From Thainema sp. (lineage in GTDB: Bacteria > Cyanobacteriota > Cyanobacteriia > Phormidesmidales > Phormidesmidaceae), in contig JBQLZK010000012.1 in the NCBI GenBank assembly GCA_052168235.1, positions 1-64,000 of the forward strand: a stretch of 64,000 nt of DNA, in the 5' to 3' direction. The notes beneath the pieces are model-generated. The model was not told the DNA's origin and did no database searches. It saw nothing but the letters and a program-made list of their open reading frames with translations. Made by a program: the position numbers and the translations under genes. Shown one piece after another: positions 10,425-24,959 of this stretch (its first letter is position 1; every line of letters begins with the position of its first letter).

Positions 10425-11321
10425 ATGCCAGTTATTACGGTCAATCAGGTTTCTCATACCTATGAGCGCTTTGGCGATCAGGCTGCTCCGGCGCTGATAT
10501 TTGTGCATGGCTGGTTGCTCAGCCGTCACTACTGGCAACCAGTTGTGCAGCAACTCGCGGATCAGTTTCAGTGCATCACTTATGACCTGCGTGGATTTGG
10601 TGAGTCTTTGGAAACGGCAATGAATGAATCTGGTGCGGAGGATTGCGATCGCAACTATACACTACAGGCCTACGCTGAGGATTTGAGCGGCCTGTTAGAT
10701 CAGCTCAATATTACGAATGCCTGGATCATCGGACATTCCCTCGGCGGCAGCGTTGCCATTTGGGCCGCCCATCTCGATCCAGAGCGGATTCAGGGCGTGA
10801 TTTGCATCAATGCTGGCGGTGGTATTTACCTAAAGGACGAATTTGAGAAATTTCGAGCCGTTGGTCAGCAACTGGTGAAATTTAGACCCCGCTGGCTTAG
10901 CCAACTGCCGCTTATCGACTGGGTCTTTGCCCGCGATAGTGTCGCTCGTCCCGTGGCCCGTCGCTGGGGACGGCAGCGTTTGATTGATTTTGTCAAGGCC
11001 GATGCCGCAGCGGCACGGGGAGCACTGCTCACGTCTACAACTGAGGAAGAAGTGCATCGACTGCCGCAAATCGTGGCGGGTTTAGAACAGCCGCTCCACT
11101 TTATCGCTGGCGCACAAGATACGGTGATGGAACCGCAGTACGTACGGCATTTAGCTAGCTTTCACCCATCATTTCAGCAACAGGCTGCGAATGTGACGGA
11201 ATTGGACAACTGCGGCCATCTCTCGATGATTGAACAGCCGCTTCTGGTAGTGCAAACCATTCGCTCAGTTGTGCAGCAGCACCAGCAATCTGAGCAGCAG
11301 TCTAATACGCTGTCGGCTTGA
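10425..11321 (+). CDS. Alpha/beta-fold hydrolase
   Basis: FVHGWL, YDLRGFG, GHSLGG nucleophile elbow, GHLSMIE. Confidence 0.88.
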   Translation: MPVITVNQVSHTYERFGDQAAPALIFVHGWLLSRHYWQPVVQQLADQFQCITYDLRGFGESLETAMNESGAEDCDRNYTLQAYAEDLSGLLDQLNITNAWIIGHSLGGSVAIWAAHLDPERIQGVICINAGGGIYLKDEFEKFRAVGQQLVKFRPRWLSQLPLIDWVFARDSVARPVARRWGRQRLIDFVKADAAAARGALLTSTTEEEVHRLPQIVAGLEQPLHFIAGAQDTVMEPQYVRHLASFHPSFQQQAANVTELDNCGHLSMIEQPLLVVQTIRSVVQQHQQSEQQSNTLSA

Positions 11322-11443
11322 GGGGAGATTGTGAAGGTTGAAAAGGGCTGTAGAGGCTGTAAAGGGCTGTAAAGACTTAGCACTTGGAATGGTGAGGAGA
11401 GAGGAGTAAGGCGTATTCTGTCACTCAACACTCAGGAGCTTGG

Positions 11444-11555
11444 ATTTAATGAAGCCGTAACCTGTAGGGGCGGGTTTTGCCGTCAACTCTATGACAAGGT
11501 GCAGATGTATCTGCTAAACCCGCCCCTACCAGATATCGAACTGATTTAATTCATA
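11444..11555. repeat. REP-like GTAG doublet element, copy 1
   Basis: GTAGGGGCGGGTTT (11464-11477) ... AAACCCGCCCCTAC (11516-11529); similar inverted copy at 47555-47666. Confidence 0.8.
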
Positions 11556-11559
11556 ATCT

Positions 11560-12666
11560 TCAGCACTCAGTCCTCAACACTCGGCACTGTACCTCATCTT
11601 CAGCAGTTCTGAGTCCTTCACAAAAGCCATATAGCTCCATCACGCGGGTGATATCCAGGCGGGACTGCACCGACAGGCTCAGCGGCGATCGATGGCCCTG
11701 ATTAAAGTGATCGGCAGCGGCGCAGCCAATCATAGCGGCATTGTCTGTACAGAACTTGAGCGGTGGAAATAGAACCTTAAGTTGATGTTCGGCGGCGGCT
11801 TGCTGGAGATGATGGCGCAGGCGACTGTTCGCGGCCACTCCGCCACCCACGGCAATTGTTTCTAGACCATAATCCAGCGCACAGCGAACGGCCCGCTTCG
11901 TAAGCGATTTAGCAACGGTTTCTTGAAAACTAGCGGCAATGTCTGCCACAGGTAATGGTTCTGCAGTCTCTCGCTCTAGCTTTTCCGTTAGCCGCAGCAC
12001 CGCTGTTTTTAAGCCGCTAAAGCTGGAATCGTAAGGATGAAAGCCACCTTTGGGTAACGAAATGTTACCTTCGGGCAGGGAAAATGCGATCGCATTTCCT
12101 TCTTTCGCCAGCTTGTCGATCACTGGCCCACCGGGATAGCCCAGTTTTAGTAACCGCGCTACTTTATCGAAGGCTTCACCTGCTGCATCATCACGGGTTT
12201 GACCAATGGTTTCGTACTCACCACAGGCTTTGACGTGAATCAAGCTGGTATGGCCACCCGATACCAGTAGGCACAAAAACGGCGGTGCTAACTCCGGCTC
12301 ACTCAGATAGGAGGCGTAGATATGCCCTTCCAGATGGTGAACACCCAAAAACGGCTTCTGGTGCACCATCGCCAGCGTTTTAGCCGCCGTGACGCCAACG
12401 AGCAGTGCTCCGATTAACCCTGGAGCACAGGTGGCTGCGATGCCGTCAATATCGGCCCAAGTGGCATCTGCATCGGCTAGAGCCTGTGCGATCGCATCAT
12501 TAATTGTCTCCAAATGATGACGCGAGGCGACTTCCGGTACAACACCACCGTAGCGACGGTGAATTTCAATCTGTGACGCAACAACATTACTCAGCACTCG
12601 ACGATCATCAACCAGCGCCACCGCCGTTTCGTCACAACTCGTTTCAAGTGCCAAAATTTTTGCCAT
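11560..12666 (-). CDS. tsaD: tRNA N6-adenosine threonylcarbamoyltransferase
   Basis: LETSCDET, GGVVPEVASRHH, HHLEGH, LVSGGHT, DDAAGEAFDK, CTDNAAMI. Confidence 0.97.
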   Translation of the reverse strand: MAKILALETSCDETAVALVDDRRVLSNVVASQIEIHRRYGGVVPEVASRHHLETINDAIAQALADADATWADIDGIAATCAPGLIGALLVGVTAAKTLAMVHQKPFLGVHHLEGHIYASYLSEPELAPPFLCLLVSGGHTSLIHVKACGEYETIGQTRDDAAGEAFDKVARLLKLGYPGGPVIDKLAKEGNAIAFSLPEGNISLPKGGFHPYDSSFSGLKTAVLRLTEKLERETAEPLPVADIAASFQETVAKSLTKRAVRCALDYGLETIAVGGGVAANSRLRHHLQQAAAEHQLKVLFPPLKFCTDNAAMIGCAAADHFNQGHRSPLSLSVQSRLDITRVMELYGFCEGLRTAEDEVQCRVLRTEC

Positions 12667-12841
12667 TAACTGGTACGTTTTTTAATACGTGTTCTAATGC
12701 GTAAACTCTTCTTACAAGCTCATCTTTACGCAGATGGCTTAGAAGAGTATGATTACGGCGAAGTTCGCCTCTAATTGCGTACAAATAACTTAACGTTTTG
12801 TACACCAAACTTTGTCCTTTGTAATAAAAGGAAATATTTCT

Positions 12842-13327
12842 ATGCGACGACTGTTTGCTGTATTACTCATTGTCTGTTTGTGGTTTGGATTTGCTCCATC
12901 CGCATCTGCTGATGTTGCAGGATTAACTCCTTGCAACGAATCTCCAGCCTTCCAACAGCGTGCTGCTAATGCGCGCAATGAAGCTGCTGCAAAGCGGTTT
13001 GAATTCTATGGTCAATCTAATCTCCTCTGTGGCGAAGATGGGCTACCTCATCTCGTTGTTGATGGACGGTTAAGCCATGCTGGAGAATTCATCATTCCCA
13101 GCCTCATATTCCTGATCATTGCAGGTTGGATTGGTTGGGCAGGTCGCTCTTATCTTCAAGCAATTCGCAATGAAAAGAGTCCTGAGGATAAGGAAATCAT
13201 TATTGATGTTCCGCTGGCAATTAAGTGTTCATTAGCTGGAGCAACCTGGCCGTTAGCTGCCATTAAAGAGCTAACGACGGGCGAACTCCTCGCTAAGGAC
13301 AACGAGATTCCAGTATCCCCTCGCTAG
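12842..13327 (+). CDS. psaF: Photosystem I subunit III
   Basis: MRRLFA signal, [34 protein letters not shown] end. Confidence 0.97.
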   Translation: MRRLFAVLLIVCLWFGFAPSASADVAGLTPCNESPAFQQRAANARNEAAAKRFEFYGQSNLLCGEDGLPHLVVDGRLSHAGEFIIPSLIFLIIAGWIGWAGRSYLQAIRNEKSPEDKEIIIDVPLAIKCSLAGATWPLAAIKELTTGELLAKDNEIPVSPR

Positions 13328-13365
13328 TGTTTAACTAGTCCACCTCTATTGTAGGAGAATGCTTC

Positions 13366-13494
13366 ATGGATAATTTCCTCAAATATCTGTCTACGGCTCC
13401 TGTCCTGGCAACTATTTGGATGTTCATTACGGCTGGAATTCTAATTGAATTCAATCGTTTCTTCCCTGATCTCTTGTTCCATCCTTTGCATTAG
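13366..13494 (+). CDS. psaJ: Photosystem I subunit IX
   Basis: [50 protein letters not shown]; below ORF-track cutoff. Confidence 0.97.
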   Translation: MDNFLKYLSTAPVLATIWMFITAGILIEFNRFFPDLLFHPLH

Positions 13495-13796
13495 TGCAAC
13501 TTGATGCGATCTAACGATCTAAATCGAAGTGGATGAAACGGTATTTTGTGCCGGATTAACGATCGTAATTCAGGTTAACTGTAGTAATTAACTTGTATAT
13601 GATTCTGGAAATAAAACGCGCCGATCTAGCCCTGGACTTTTTAGATCTAGCGTTTTAACGTCAGTTTAAATTGCAGGTTGTGAGTGCAACTTTCTATCGT
13701 TTTCCTGGTGCGATCGCATTCTTTGTGAATGGGTTGATGATGATCAACACATTTATTCCATTGAATTGAGAGTTTTAGAACAGGAGACAACACGCT

Positions 13797-14279
13797 ATGA
13801 CGTTTCCCCAAGTGGTTGGCCCCGCTGATGATCCTCAGATTGGCAACCTTGCAACCCCTGTTAATTCATCTGGGTTCACACAAGCACTGATTAATAATCT
13901 GCCTGCCTACCGCCCCAACTTATCACCGCTCCGCCGCGGTCTCGAGATTGGAATGGCTCACGGCTATTTGCTGTTTGGGCCATTTGCGCTGCTTGGCCCG
14001 CTGCGGGACTCCGACGTTCCCTATCTAGCAGGTTTATTAAGCGCTGCTGGTCTTGTGGTTATTTTAACGGTTTGCCTATCTATTTACGGCAGCACTGGAG
14101 TAAACCCACCCGTTGCAACCATCACCAATCCCAATCCTCCCGATTCCTTGAGCACCGATGAGGGCTGGAGTGAATTTGCCGGTGGTTTCCTGGTTGGTGG
14201 TATCGGTGGTGCAACATTTGCTTACCTGCTGATGTCGAACTTAACCGTTCTCCAGAGCATTGCAAATAACATTGCATAA
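13797..14279 (+). CDS. psaL: Photosystem I subunit XI
   Basis: GNLATPVNSS, NLPAYR, RRGLEIGMAHGY, GPLRD, GWSEFAGGF. Confidence 0.96.
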   Translation: MTFPQVVGPADDPQIGNLATPVNSSGFTQALINNLPAYRPNLSPLRRGLEIGMAHGYLLFGPFALLGPLRDSDVPYLAGLLSAAGLVVILTVCLSIYGSTGVNPPVATITNPNPPDSLSTDEGWSEFAGGFLVGGIGGATFAYLLMSNLTVLQSIANNIA

Positions 14280-14331
14280 GGCACGGTAGCAGATAAATCT
14301 GCTGAAGCCAAATTTGAGGTTTACATCATTC

Positions 14332-14366
14332 AGCAGGAGATCCACATTGGATCTCCTGCTTTGCTT
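14332..14366. terminator. Intrinsic terminator-like hairpin after psaL
   Basis: AGCAGGAGATCC-ACATT-GGATCTCCTGCT followed by TTGCTTT. Confidence 0.7.
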
Positions 14367-14467
14367 TAAAGCGAGAGCTTGAGTGCGAAAATACAAACAG
14401 AGAATTTTGCCCACGCTGTCGAAAAACGCCCCGTTTTATAGCTGTAGTCAGCTTTGTTAGAACACAA

Positions 14468-14506
14468 GTATGTTTGAGGCGCGGCGAAGCCGCGCCTCAA
14501 ACATAC
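14468..14506. repeat. Perfect hairpin, 18-bp arms, GAA loop (GCGCGGC-GAA-GCCGCGC core)
   Basis: GTATGTTTGAGGCGCGGC GAA GCCGCGCCTCAAACATAC. Confidence 0.9.
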
Positions 14507-14537
14507 CCTGACCAATATATGACTATGATAGGTAAAG

Positions 14538-15023
14538 CTATGAAGCCGCAGCGTTTTCGAATGGCACAACGCCTAGTTTCTGGCGCACCTCATCTAGAGG
14601 TGTTGCCCAATCAGACTCAATGTCCCATTCAATTAAGCGATCGGCTAATCGACCATAGCGAATAGCATCGGCAACTTCCCTCAGCGTAAACCGCCGCCGA
14701 AATAAACCGACCAGCACAATGATGGCGCTTGATGGACGAAAGACTTGAGCACGAGTAAAGGCTTGCAGAACAAACTCGTCATGTTCAGACGGAGAAAGCC
14801 CAGTTAAGACATGCCACACATCATGGGTGCGCTGAATCCAATCACCTGATTCAAACGGCGTGAAACCATTGTCATCATAAAACCGAGCAAGTTCGCGACC
14901 AAGCGTACCTTCTGGCAACTGACGTAGTGTCGCCAAATCAATTTCGATTTCACGATGGGGGGCAACTTGAGGATTTATGGTTTGAGCGAGCTTGAGGACA
15001 GCATTTGTACGATCGTCTTGCAT
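14538..15023 (-). CDS. Coq4-family protein
   Basis: LRQLPEGTLG and HDVWHVLTG...E metal-binding motif. Confidence 0.75.
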   Translation of the reverse strand: MQDDRTNAVLKLAQTINPQVAPHREIEIDLATLRQLPEGTLGRELARFYDDNGFTPFESGDWIQRTHDVWHVLTGLSPSEHDEFVLQAFTRAQVFRPSSAIIVLVGLFRRRFTLREVADAIRYGRLADRLIEWDIESDWATPLDEVRQKLGVVPFENAAAS

Positions 15024-15220
15024 GGTAGATACTCCGGGGGCAGAGTTAAAACATCAACTACGATCTTCAACAAAGAGGCTGTTGTTTATTTCGGAGATAA
15101 ACTATTCAATTAACCCGTTAGGGATAGTTTTTAAAGAGATTGATTGACAGATAGAGTCTTAGGTGCTGAATGCGATCGCACCTGTACCTGCACCACAATG
15201 AAATTCAGTTTCCAACTCGC

Positions 15221-16228
15221 ATGAGCTATCTTTCATTGTCTACAATTCCACATCAAGCGACTCGTATCATAACCTACAGCCCGGCCTATACGCTGGTGCC
15301 CACCTATGAGTGCTTTAATCGCTGCCAATACTGCAATTTTCGGGCTGATCCCGGTCAAGATGCGTGGATGACGATGGCGGAAGCGCAGCGGCAACTTGGA
15401 TGGGCGCGATCTCAGGGTGTGATTGAAGTGCTCATTCTCAGTGGTGAGGTGCATCCCAATAGTCCACGCCGCAGCGCCTGGTTTCAGCGAATTTATGATC
15501 TATGTGCTCTGGCGCTGTCGTTGGGCCTCTTGCCTCATACGAACGTGGGGCCAGTCAGTCGAACAGAAATGGAGCAGCTTAAATCCGTCAACGTTTCGAT
15601 GGGTTTAATGCTGGAACAGCTGACGCCCAAACTATTAGAAACAGTTCATCGCCACGCACCCAGCAAACAGCCCGATCTGCGTCTTCAACAACTAGAGCAG
15701 GCTGGCGAACTTCAGATTCCATTTACCACGGGTTTACTGTTAGGAATTGGAGAATCGCAAGCAGACTGGATAGAAACGCTAACTGCGATCGCACAGTGTC
15801 ATCAAACGTGGGGCCATATTCAAGAAGTAATTTTGCAGCCCCATCGCCCTGGACAGACCCAGAATTGGCCGGGTGAATCGTTTACAACTGAACAATTACT
15901 AGATGCGATCGCGCTGGCCAAACAGCATCTCCCTACCGAGATCACGATTCAAATTCCGCCAAACCTGATTACCGATCCTGAGCGCTTAGGCGACTGCATT
16001 ACGGCAGGTGCCCGCGATCTGGGCGGAATTGGCCCCAAGGACGAAGTGAATCCAGACTACCCTCACCCCCACGATCGGCAGTTAATGGCACAGCTCAATC
16101 ACCTGGGCTGGCAACTCAAGCCGCGTCTGCCCATCTATCCTGCCTATGATCGACTGCTGCCGGATCATCTCCAGGCTCGTGTTCAATCCTGGCGTAGTCA
16201 TCTAGCTCATCATTTATCCCAGTCATAG
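15221..16228 (+). CDS. cofG: FO (8-hydroxy-5-deazariboflavin) synthase subunit 1, radical SAM
   Basis: ITYSPAYTLVPTYECFNRCQYCNF, LPHTN, SMGLMLE, IPFTTGLLLGIGE, GHIQEVILQP, DEVNP. Confidence 0.93.
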   Translation: MSYLSLSTIPHQATRIITYSPAYTLVPTYECFNRCQYCNFRADPGQDAWMTMAEAQRQLGWARSQGVIEVLILSGEVHPNSPRRSAWFQRIYDLCALALSLGLLPHTNVGPVSRTEMEQLKSVNVSMGLMLEQLTPKLLETVHRHAPSKQPDLRLQQLEQAGELQIPFTTGLLLGIGESQADWIETLTAIAQCHQTWGHIQEVILQPHRPGQTQNWPGESFTTEQLLDAIALAKQHLPTEITIQIPPNLITDPERLGDCITAGARDLGGIGPKDEVNPDYPHPHDRQLMAQLNHLGWQLKPRLPIYPAYDRLLPDHLQARVQSWRSHLAHHLSQS

Positions 16229-16235
16229 TCATCAC

Positions 16236-16371
16236 AGGCGCGGAGAAAGGGGTAAGGGAGCAAGGGGGCAGGGGGGCAAGGGAGCTAAATTTTAGTAGTC
16301 GTTTAAGCATTGCGCTGAAAACAAACTTTCTCCCTCGCTCCCTTTCTCCCCTCGCTCCCCCTCCCCCTGCC
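16236..16371. repeat. STRR-like octamer tandem repeats in inverted orientation around a short core
   Basis: GCAAGGGG/GCAGGGGG-type units on the left, TCCCCCTC/CTCCCCTC-type units on the right, between convergent genes. Confidence 0.65.
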
Positions 16372-16386
16372 GAGTCTCTCTACAAT

Positions 16387-16716
16387 TCAATCTGTTGATC
16401 CCGAGCGATGGCTTGCAACTTGAACGTCCGACTTACACAGTTGCTCAAGCACCTGTTCTGCTGTCATTAGACGCTTCAGCACAACCTGTCCAATCGTGCG
16501 CCCTGCTTCATTCCGAATCGCTTCCGTGGGCTTGACTTCCAGCATAAGTACGGCATCTTCAACCTGGTAGAGCCAGAGCGTTTCGCCCTGTTCCTGAATA
16601 CAGAGATTAAGACGCTGTAAATGGGGTTCTCGTCGCCAGCCCAACTCGTCCCATAGGCCACCAAATCCCCAGATGCGACCAACTGTCCATCCTTCAGTTA
16701 AAAAGAAATATTTCAT
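16387..16716 (-). CDS. Conserved cyanobacterial hypothetical protein
   Basis: 109-aa ORF MKYFFLTEGWTVGRIW...IGQVVLKRLM with normal composition. Confidence 0.7.
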   Translation of the reverse strand: MKYFFLTEGWTVGRIWGFGGLWDELGWRREPHLQRLNLCIQEQGETLWLYQVEDAVLMLEVKPTEAIRNEAGRTIGQVVLKRLMTAEQVLEQLCKSDVQVASHRSGSTD

Positions 16717-16980
16717 TCGCTCTCACACCATATTTGGCTTATCTAAGACACTATGGGATTTTTTTAGCCAGATTTCGTATTCATCATACGGTTCCTAAAC
16801 TTTTGTTTGCTAAACATTCAGGGAACATTCAGCTTTGAACGGCCCCAGAATCAACTCAATATTGCTGTACAACGTTGTAATCCTTAAATTTCCGTAATAA
16901 TACGCAGTCGATAATTCCTGATGTGGTCTTGCACCCCTCGTAACAAGGGGTAGTAGACAACCAATAGGGAAAAGCAATCT

Positions 16981-17214
16981 ATGCGTACTCTGCCACTAAT
17001 CGGCATCTTAATGATGTTGACGGGAATGTCACTCATTTCAGAATCGCAGTCCATCTCATCTGCGATCTCACATCAACTTTCTGTTCACAGAAATGCAAAT
17101 GCTCCGTCTATCGCGGATCGTGGCAGTGGACGGCGTGAATCCCAGTCCTTTTTCTATCTAAAAGATCAGTCAGTTATGGTTGCCCAACGCGGTAGTGGCC
17201 GATGCAATGTTTAA
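16981..17214 (+). CDS. patX: PatX-like RGSGR pattern-inhibitor precursor with two RGSGR motifs
   Basis: Hydrophobic N-terminal signal-like segment, ADRGSGRR and AQRGSGRC; directly upstream of hetR. Confidence 0.82.
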   Translation: MRTLPLIGILMMLTGMSLISESQSISSAISHQLSVHRNANAPSIADRGSGRRESQSFFYLKDQSVMVAQRGSGRCNV

Positions 17215-17623
17215 GCCATGCTCTTGCTAATGGTGTGATCAAGAGCGATAGGGCTAAGCCAGACAGATGACTTCCCTGTACGGCTGATCCAGATCATTGA
17301 TTTATGTGTCTAAGATCATTACAGTCATGTGTCATAGATATGGCATGAAATGAAGAGTTGGTGTATCGTAGACAGCACTTTGAACAACACAATGGCTGAG
17401 TATCTCAATATAGATTCAGCGTCAACCATAACGCTCTAGCAAAAAGTCTTGTTTCTATTTACAGAAATTAGAAAATTGGTCTGTTTATGCTAGATTCGAA
17501 CCACAAACCTTGTAATAAGTTGTAAGAAATGGTTTAAGCTGATTATGCTCAGCTAGATAGTGGCTTGTGGGGTTGGAAGACCCCGATAAAGGTCAATTTT
17601 GCCCACTGAGGCTGTTTATCTAA

Positions 17624-18565
<942 letters not shown>

Positions 18566-18566
18566 A

Positions 18567-18623
18567 CAGAATATTATTTTCTAAAAGCCATACCATGCAT
18601 GGCTTTTAGAAAATAATATTCTG
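18567..18623. repeat. Perfect 25-bp inverted repeat between convergent hetR and HAD genes (possible bidirectional terminator)
   Basis: CAGAATATTATTTTCTAAAAGCCAT-ACCATGC-ATGGCTTTTAGAAAATAATATTCTG. Confidence 0.9.
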
Positions 18624-18648
18624 ATTTTCAGTAGCGGATTGCGGATGA

Positions 18649-19509
18649 TCACCCGTTAACTGCTTGTAGGCAAGCTTTCACTTGGTCGCGATCGCAATCT
18701 TGCACATTTTTAAATACAACCGTTGCTCCGGCGGCTTTAAGCTGCTGCGTATAGCGTTCAGCATAATCAGCTTCCGTTTGGGCGTGGGGCGGCAGAATGC
18801 CAATGCCAATCCAGCTACGGTCTGGATAAGCTTGCTGAGCATTTTTGACCGTCTGCATATCCGCCACGGTATCACCCAAGTACAGCACAGGTAGGTTACT
18901 GGACTGTGGTGCTGGCTGTGCTGTGGAATCTGCAAATTGAGAATTTGGCCAGGATGCCTGAATTTGCTGCACGGTATCCATCAGCCCCGTCGGATCAGGC
19001 TTGCCAGGGGCATCATCCATCGCGATTAGAATCGGTGACTGCAAGCCCAGACGTTTTTCCAGAATATAGCTGGCCGATCCACGAGTCGCGCCACTGAAGA
19101 AGCCCCAGCCAATGCCAGCTTGAGTCAGGTTGTTAAAGTATTGCGGCTCGGTCAATAGCGGTTCACTGCAAATATATCCGTTCCACTGATCGGGATTATT
19201 CGGATCTTCGCCCCGATAGCGGCTCTGGAAAAAGTCCACCATTGCGGCATAGTTCAGGTCGAGTTGCGATCTCGCTTTGCCCCTTGCCTCAAAATAGCGG
19301 TAGACCATCTCTTGAGAGGCTTCCCAATCGTTATTCCAAATTCCCTCAGACTTGAGCTGATCAACATCTGCTGCCGTTGGTCGATAAGCCCCTTGGGTAT
19401 AGGCTTCAACCGTATCGGCCAGCGCCCGCCGATAGGAACCGCTGACATCTCGGATCACCCCATCAATGTCAAAAACAACTAAACTCCACAATTCAGTTTT
19501 GGCTTGCAT
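18649..19509 (-). CDS. HAD-superfamily hydrolase (TIGR01548 type)
   Basis: VFDIDGVIRDVSGSYRRA, GIWNNDW, PGKPDP, YLGDTVADM. Confidence 0.88.
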   Translation of the reverse strand: MQAKTELWSLVVFDIDGVIRDVSGSYRRALADTVEAYTQGAYRPTAADVDQLKSEGIWNNDWEASQEMVYRYFEARGKARSQLDLNYAAMVDFFQSRYRGEDPNNPDQWNGYICSEPLLTEPQYFNNLTQAGIGWGFFSGATRGSASYILEKRLGLQSPILIAMDDAPGKPDPTGLMDTVQQIQASWPNSQFADSTAQPAPQSSNLPVLYLGDTVADMQTVKNAQQAYPDRSWIGIGILPPHAQTEADYAERYTQQLKAAGATVVFKNVQDCDRDQVKACLQAVNG

Positions 19510-19588
19510 AATCCTCATCTACTTGCACGATTATCCGGTATGATAAAGGTTTGTAGTCTAACAGTCCAAAATGGCTCTGGAGGTATTC

Positions 19589-19888
19589 TTGTCAAGGTTC
19601 GTACTCAAAGTGCTTTGGCTGGAAGAAAACGTTGCGTTAGCAGTGGATCAGGTTGTGGGAAAAGGCACTAGCCCCCTCACGTCCTATTTCTTTTGGCCGC
19701 GAAATGATGCCTGGGAACAGCTCAAAGCTGAATTAGAAGGCAAGTCTTGGATTAACGAGACTGAAAAAATTGAAGTCCTCAACAAGGCAACTGAGGTCAT
19801 TAACTACTGGCAGGAAGAAGGTCGGAAGCGCCCGATGAACGATGCCCAGCAGAAGTTTCCCGAAGTGATTTTCACGGGTAGTTCGTAA
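19589..19888 (+). CDS. ycf65: 30S ribosomal protein PSRP-3/Ycf65
   Basis: [37 protein letters not shown]; likely TTG start after GGAGG. Confidence 0.92.
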   Translation: MSRFVLKVLWLEENVALAVDQVVGKGTSPLTSYFFWPRNDAWEQLKAELEGKSWINETEKIEVLNKATEVINYWQEEGRKRPMNDAQQKFPEVIFTGSS

Positions 19889-20062
19889 CCTTTGGTTTGT
19901 AACCTGGGGTGATTGTGAACACCGTTGACAGTTAAGCATTTGCAAGATGGGTTAGCGATCGCATAACCCATCATTTGTTAAATAGAGCGACTCAACAAAG
20001 CAGAAGCGGGCAGATATCTGCCCGCTTCTTGCCTTTAAACCCATAGGTTTATGAGCCGTAGA

Positions 20063-20476
20063 CTAGACTCTAACCATGCCGCCAGCAGCCTGAAGCCGTG
20101 CTCTAGCCCGCTTCATGGCCTGAGTGGCTTGAATCTTGGCCTGACGATCATCGTCGCTGACGTTGTTTAACTTGTCCGTTGCAGACTCAAAGTTTGAGCG
20201 AGCTTCCTCAACGTTAATGTTGCTGCCGCGTTCAGCGCTGTTAACCAAGATGGTGACTTCGTCATTTTCAACTTCAGCAAAGCCACCCATGAGCGCGATC
20301 GCAACCCACTCTTTATTCTCACGCACCCGCATAACGCCAATATCCAGCGCGGTTAACAGCGGAGCGTGACCTCCCAAAATACCAAGCTGCCCCGTTGTGC
20401 TGGGCAAAATCACCTCTTCAGCGGGTGAATCCCAGATTGTTTTATCGGGTGCAATGACACGAACTGTTAATGCCAT
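20063..20476 (-). CDS. atpC: ATP synthase F1 epsilon subunit
   Basis: [26 protein letters not shown]. Confidence 0.97.
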   Translation of the reverse strand: MALTVRVIAPDKTIWDSPAEEVILPSTTGQLGILGGHAPLLTALDIGVMRVRENKEWVAIALMGGFAEVENDEVTILVNSAERGSNINVEEARSNFESATDKLNNVSDDDRQAKIQATQAMKRARARLQAAGGMVRV

Positions 20477-20615
20477 GATGAATTTGCTTCCAATGTTTGC
20501 CAGTGTTTGACGGATGAGTGCTGTGTCGTCGGTTGCAGGAAGTGTGACGCTATTTCGCGATCACACTCCCTACAGCTAACTTGAAGGGTTCATTATCTAG
20601 CTTTTAGATATGCCC

Positions 20616-22091
<1,476 letters not shown>

Positions 22092-22482
22092 TTATCTATG
22101 ATTTCTTCTCAGACAAATACTGCTATACGGAATCCGATTTGAAAAGCCCCAAGTGATTTCCGAGCGAAATTCTCGCAGTGCAAGACTTCCACACCAGGAA
22201 AGCAGATTTAGCTTTTATCGGCGGATTCGGTAGTAGACCTTCTCAAAGCAACTTCGCGCGGGAATTCTGCGTTTTCGACGCTTTGGCTGCATCAGTTCAT
22301 CAGTAAATGAATGATAATGATGTCCTTTGCCAAACACGCGGAGCCATATATTCATGGCCGAACGCCACTTTAAGAATCATTTCGATTTTGATTTGCCATT
22401 TTATAGAGTATCACTGAACGAATCCCTATTTGAAACGATTCTGCTCTCATTCCGCTCTTTTTAGATCTAGCAAAACACTTCA

Positions 22483-22498
22483 GTTCGGGAACCCGTAC
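22483..22498 (+). promoter_or_regulatory. K-box upstream of groESL
   Basis: GTTCGG-GAAC-CCGTAC matches the cyanobacterial K-box GTTCGG-NNAN-CCNNAC, about 40 nt upstream of CIRCE. Confidence 0.8.
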
Positions 22499-22537
22499 AT
22501 CGGACTGAGTTGCGATCGCAACTGGGACTTCGCTAAA

Positions 22538-22564
22538 TTAGCACTCAGAAAGCAAGAGTGCTAA
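22538..22564 (+). promoter_or_regulatory. CIRCE operator (HrcA site)
   Basis: TTAGCACTC-AGAAAGCAA-GAGTGCTAA, perfect consensus. Confidence 0.97.
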
Positions 22565-22753
22565 ATTCTACGCTTCGATATATGATTCGTTCGAACTTAG
22601 CACTGACGAAACCCTCTGTACGCGGTTGTTCTTAACGGTTAAGTTACGTTTTGAGTTGCTGGTTCAGTGGGTTTTAGTTTGCGAACAGGCAGCTTTGGTC
22701 TGCAACCAGAATTTTGTTCAGTTACTGCAAGTTAAAGAGTTTGGAGAGTTTTT

Positions 22754-23065
22754 ATGGCAGCTGTATCTCTAAGCGTGTCTACCGTGAAGCCCTTGGGCGA
22801 TCGCGTTTTCGTCAAGGTTAGCGCATCCGAAGAAAAGACCGCTGGTGGCATTCTTCTTCCAGATTCTGCAAAGGAAAAGCCCCAAGTTGGTGAAGTCGTT
22901 CAGGTTGGCCCTGGTCGTCGCAATGATGACGGTTCTCGTCAAGAGCTAGAAGTCAAAGTTGGCGACAAGGTTCTCTACTCCAAGTACGCTGGCACCGACA
23001 TTAAACTAGGCAACGATGAGTACGTTCTGCTTATGGAAAAGGACATCCTGGCTGTTGTCAACTAA
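22754..23065 (+). CDS. groES: Co-chaperonin GroES
   Basis: [29 protein letters not shown]. Confidence 0.98.
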   Translation: MAAVSLSVSTVKPLGDRVFVKVSASEEKTAGGILLPDSAKEKPQVGEVVQVGPGRRNDDGSRQELEVKVGDKVLYSKYAGTDIKLGNDEYVLLMEKDILAVVN

Positions 23066-23259
23066 GACATTAGGACTTTTAATTGTCCCTCTGATTTTAT
23101 GTTCATGTTGAGCTGACTTGTACTAATTAGCTCGTATAGGGTCTGCTGACTGATCCAGCTAAGAGCGATTTGTACTAGTTGATCTCAATTTTTTGCTTCA
23201 TCCAATCCAATCTGGTTATTTGTCCACCTATTTGTCTACTTGTACAAAAGGAACGCTGA

Positions 23260-24897
<1,638 letters not shown>

Positions 24898-24959
24898 GAC
24901 GACTACTAAGACTGAGGATGTCAGTTAGTTAGTTGAGTCTAGGCTTGAATAGGTAAATT

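Noticed and set aside
16890..16895. TCCGTA as a DIF1 (TCCGGA) promoter motif for patX
   Set aside because: One mismatch in a 6-mer and no convincing downstream -10; not above chance
20000..20030. Hairpin AGAAGCGGGCAG-ATAT-CTGCCCGCTTCT (and the one near 48938-48970)
   Set aside because: Short stems right after gene ends; ordinary intrinsic terminators, not counted in the triloop family
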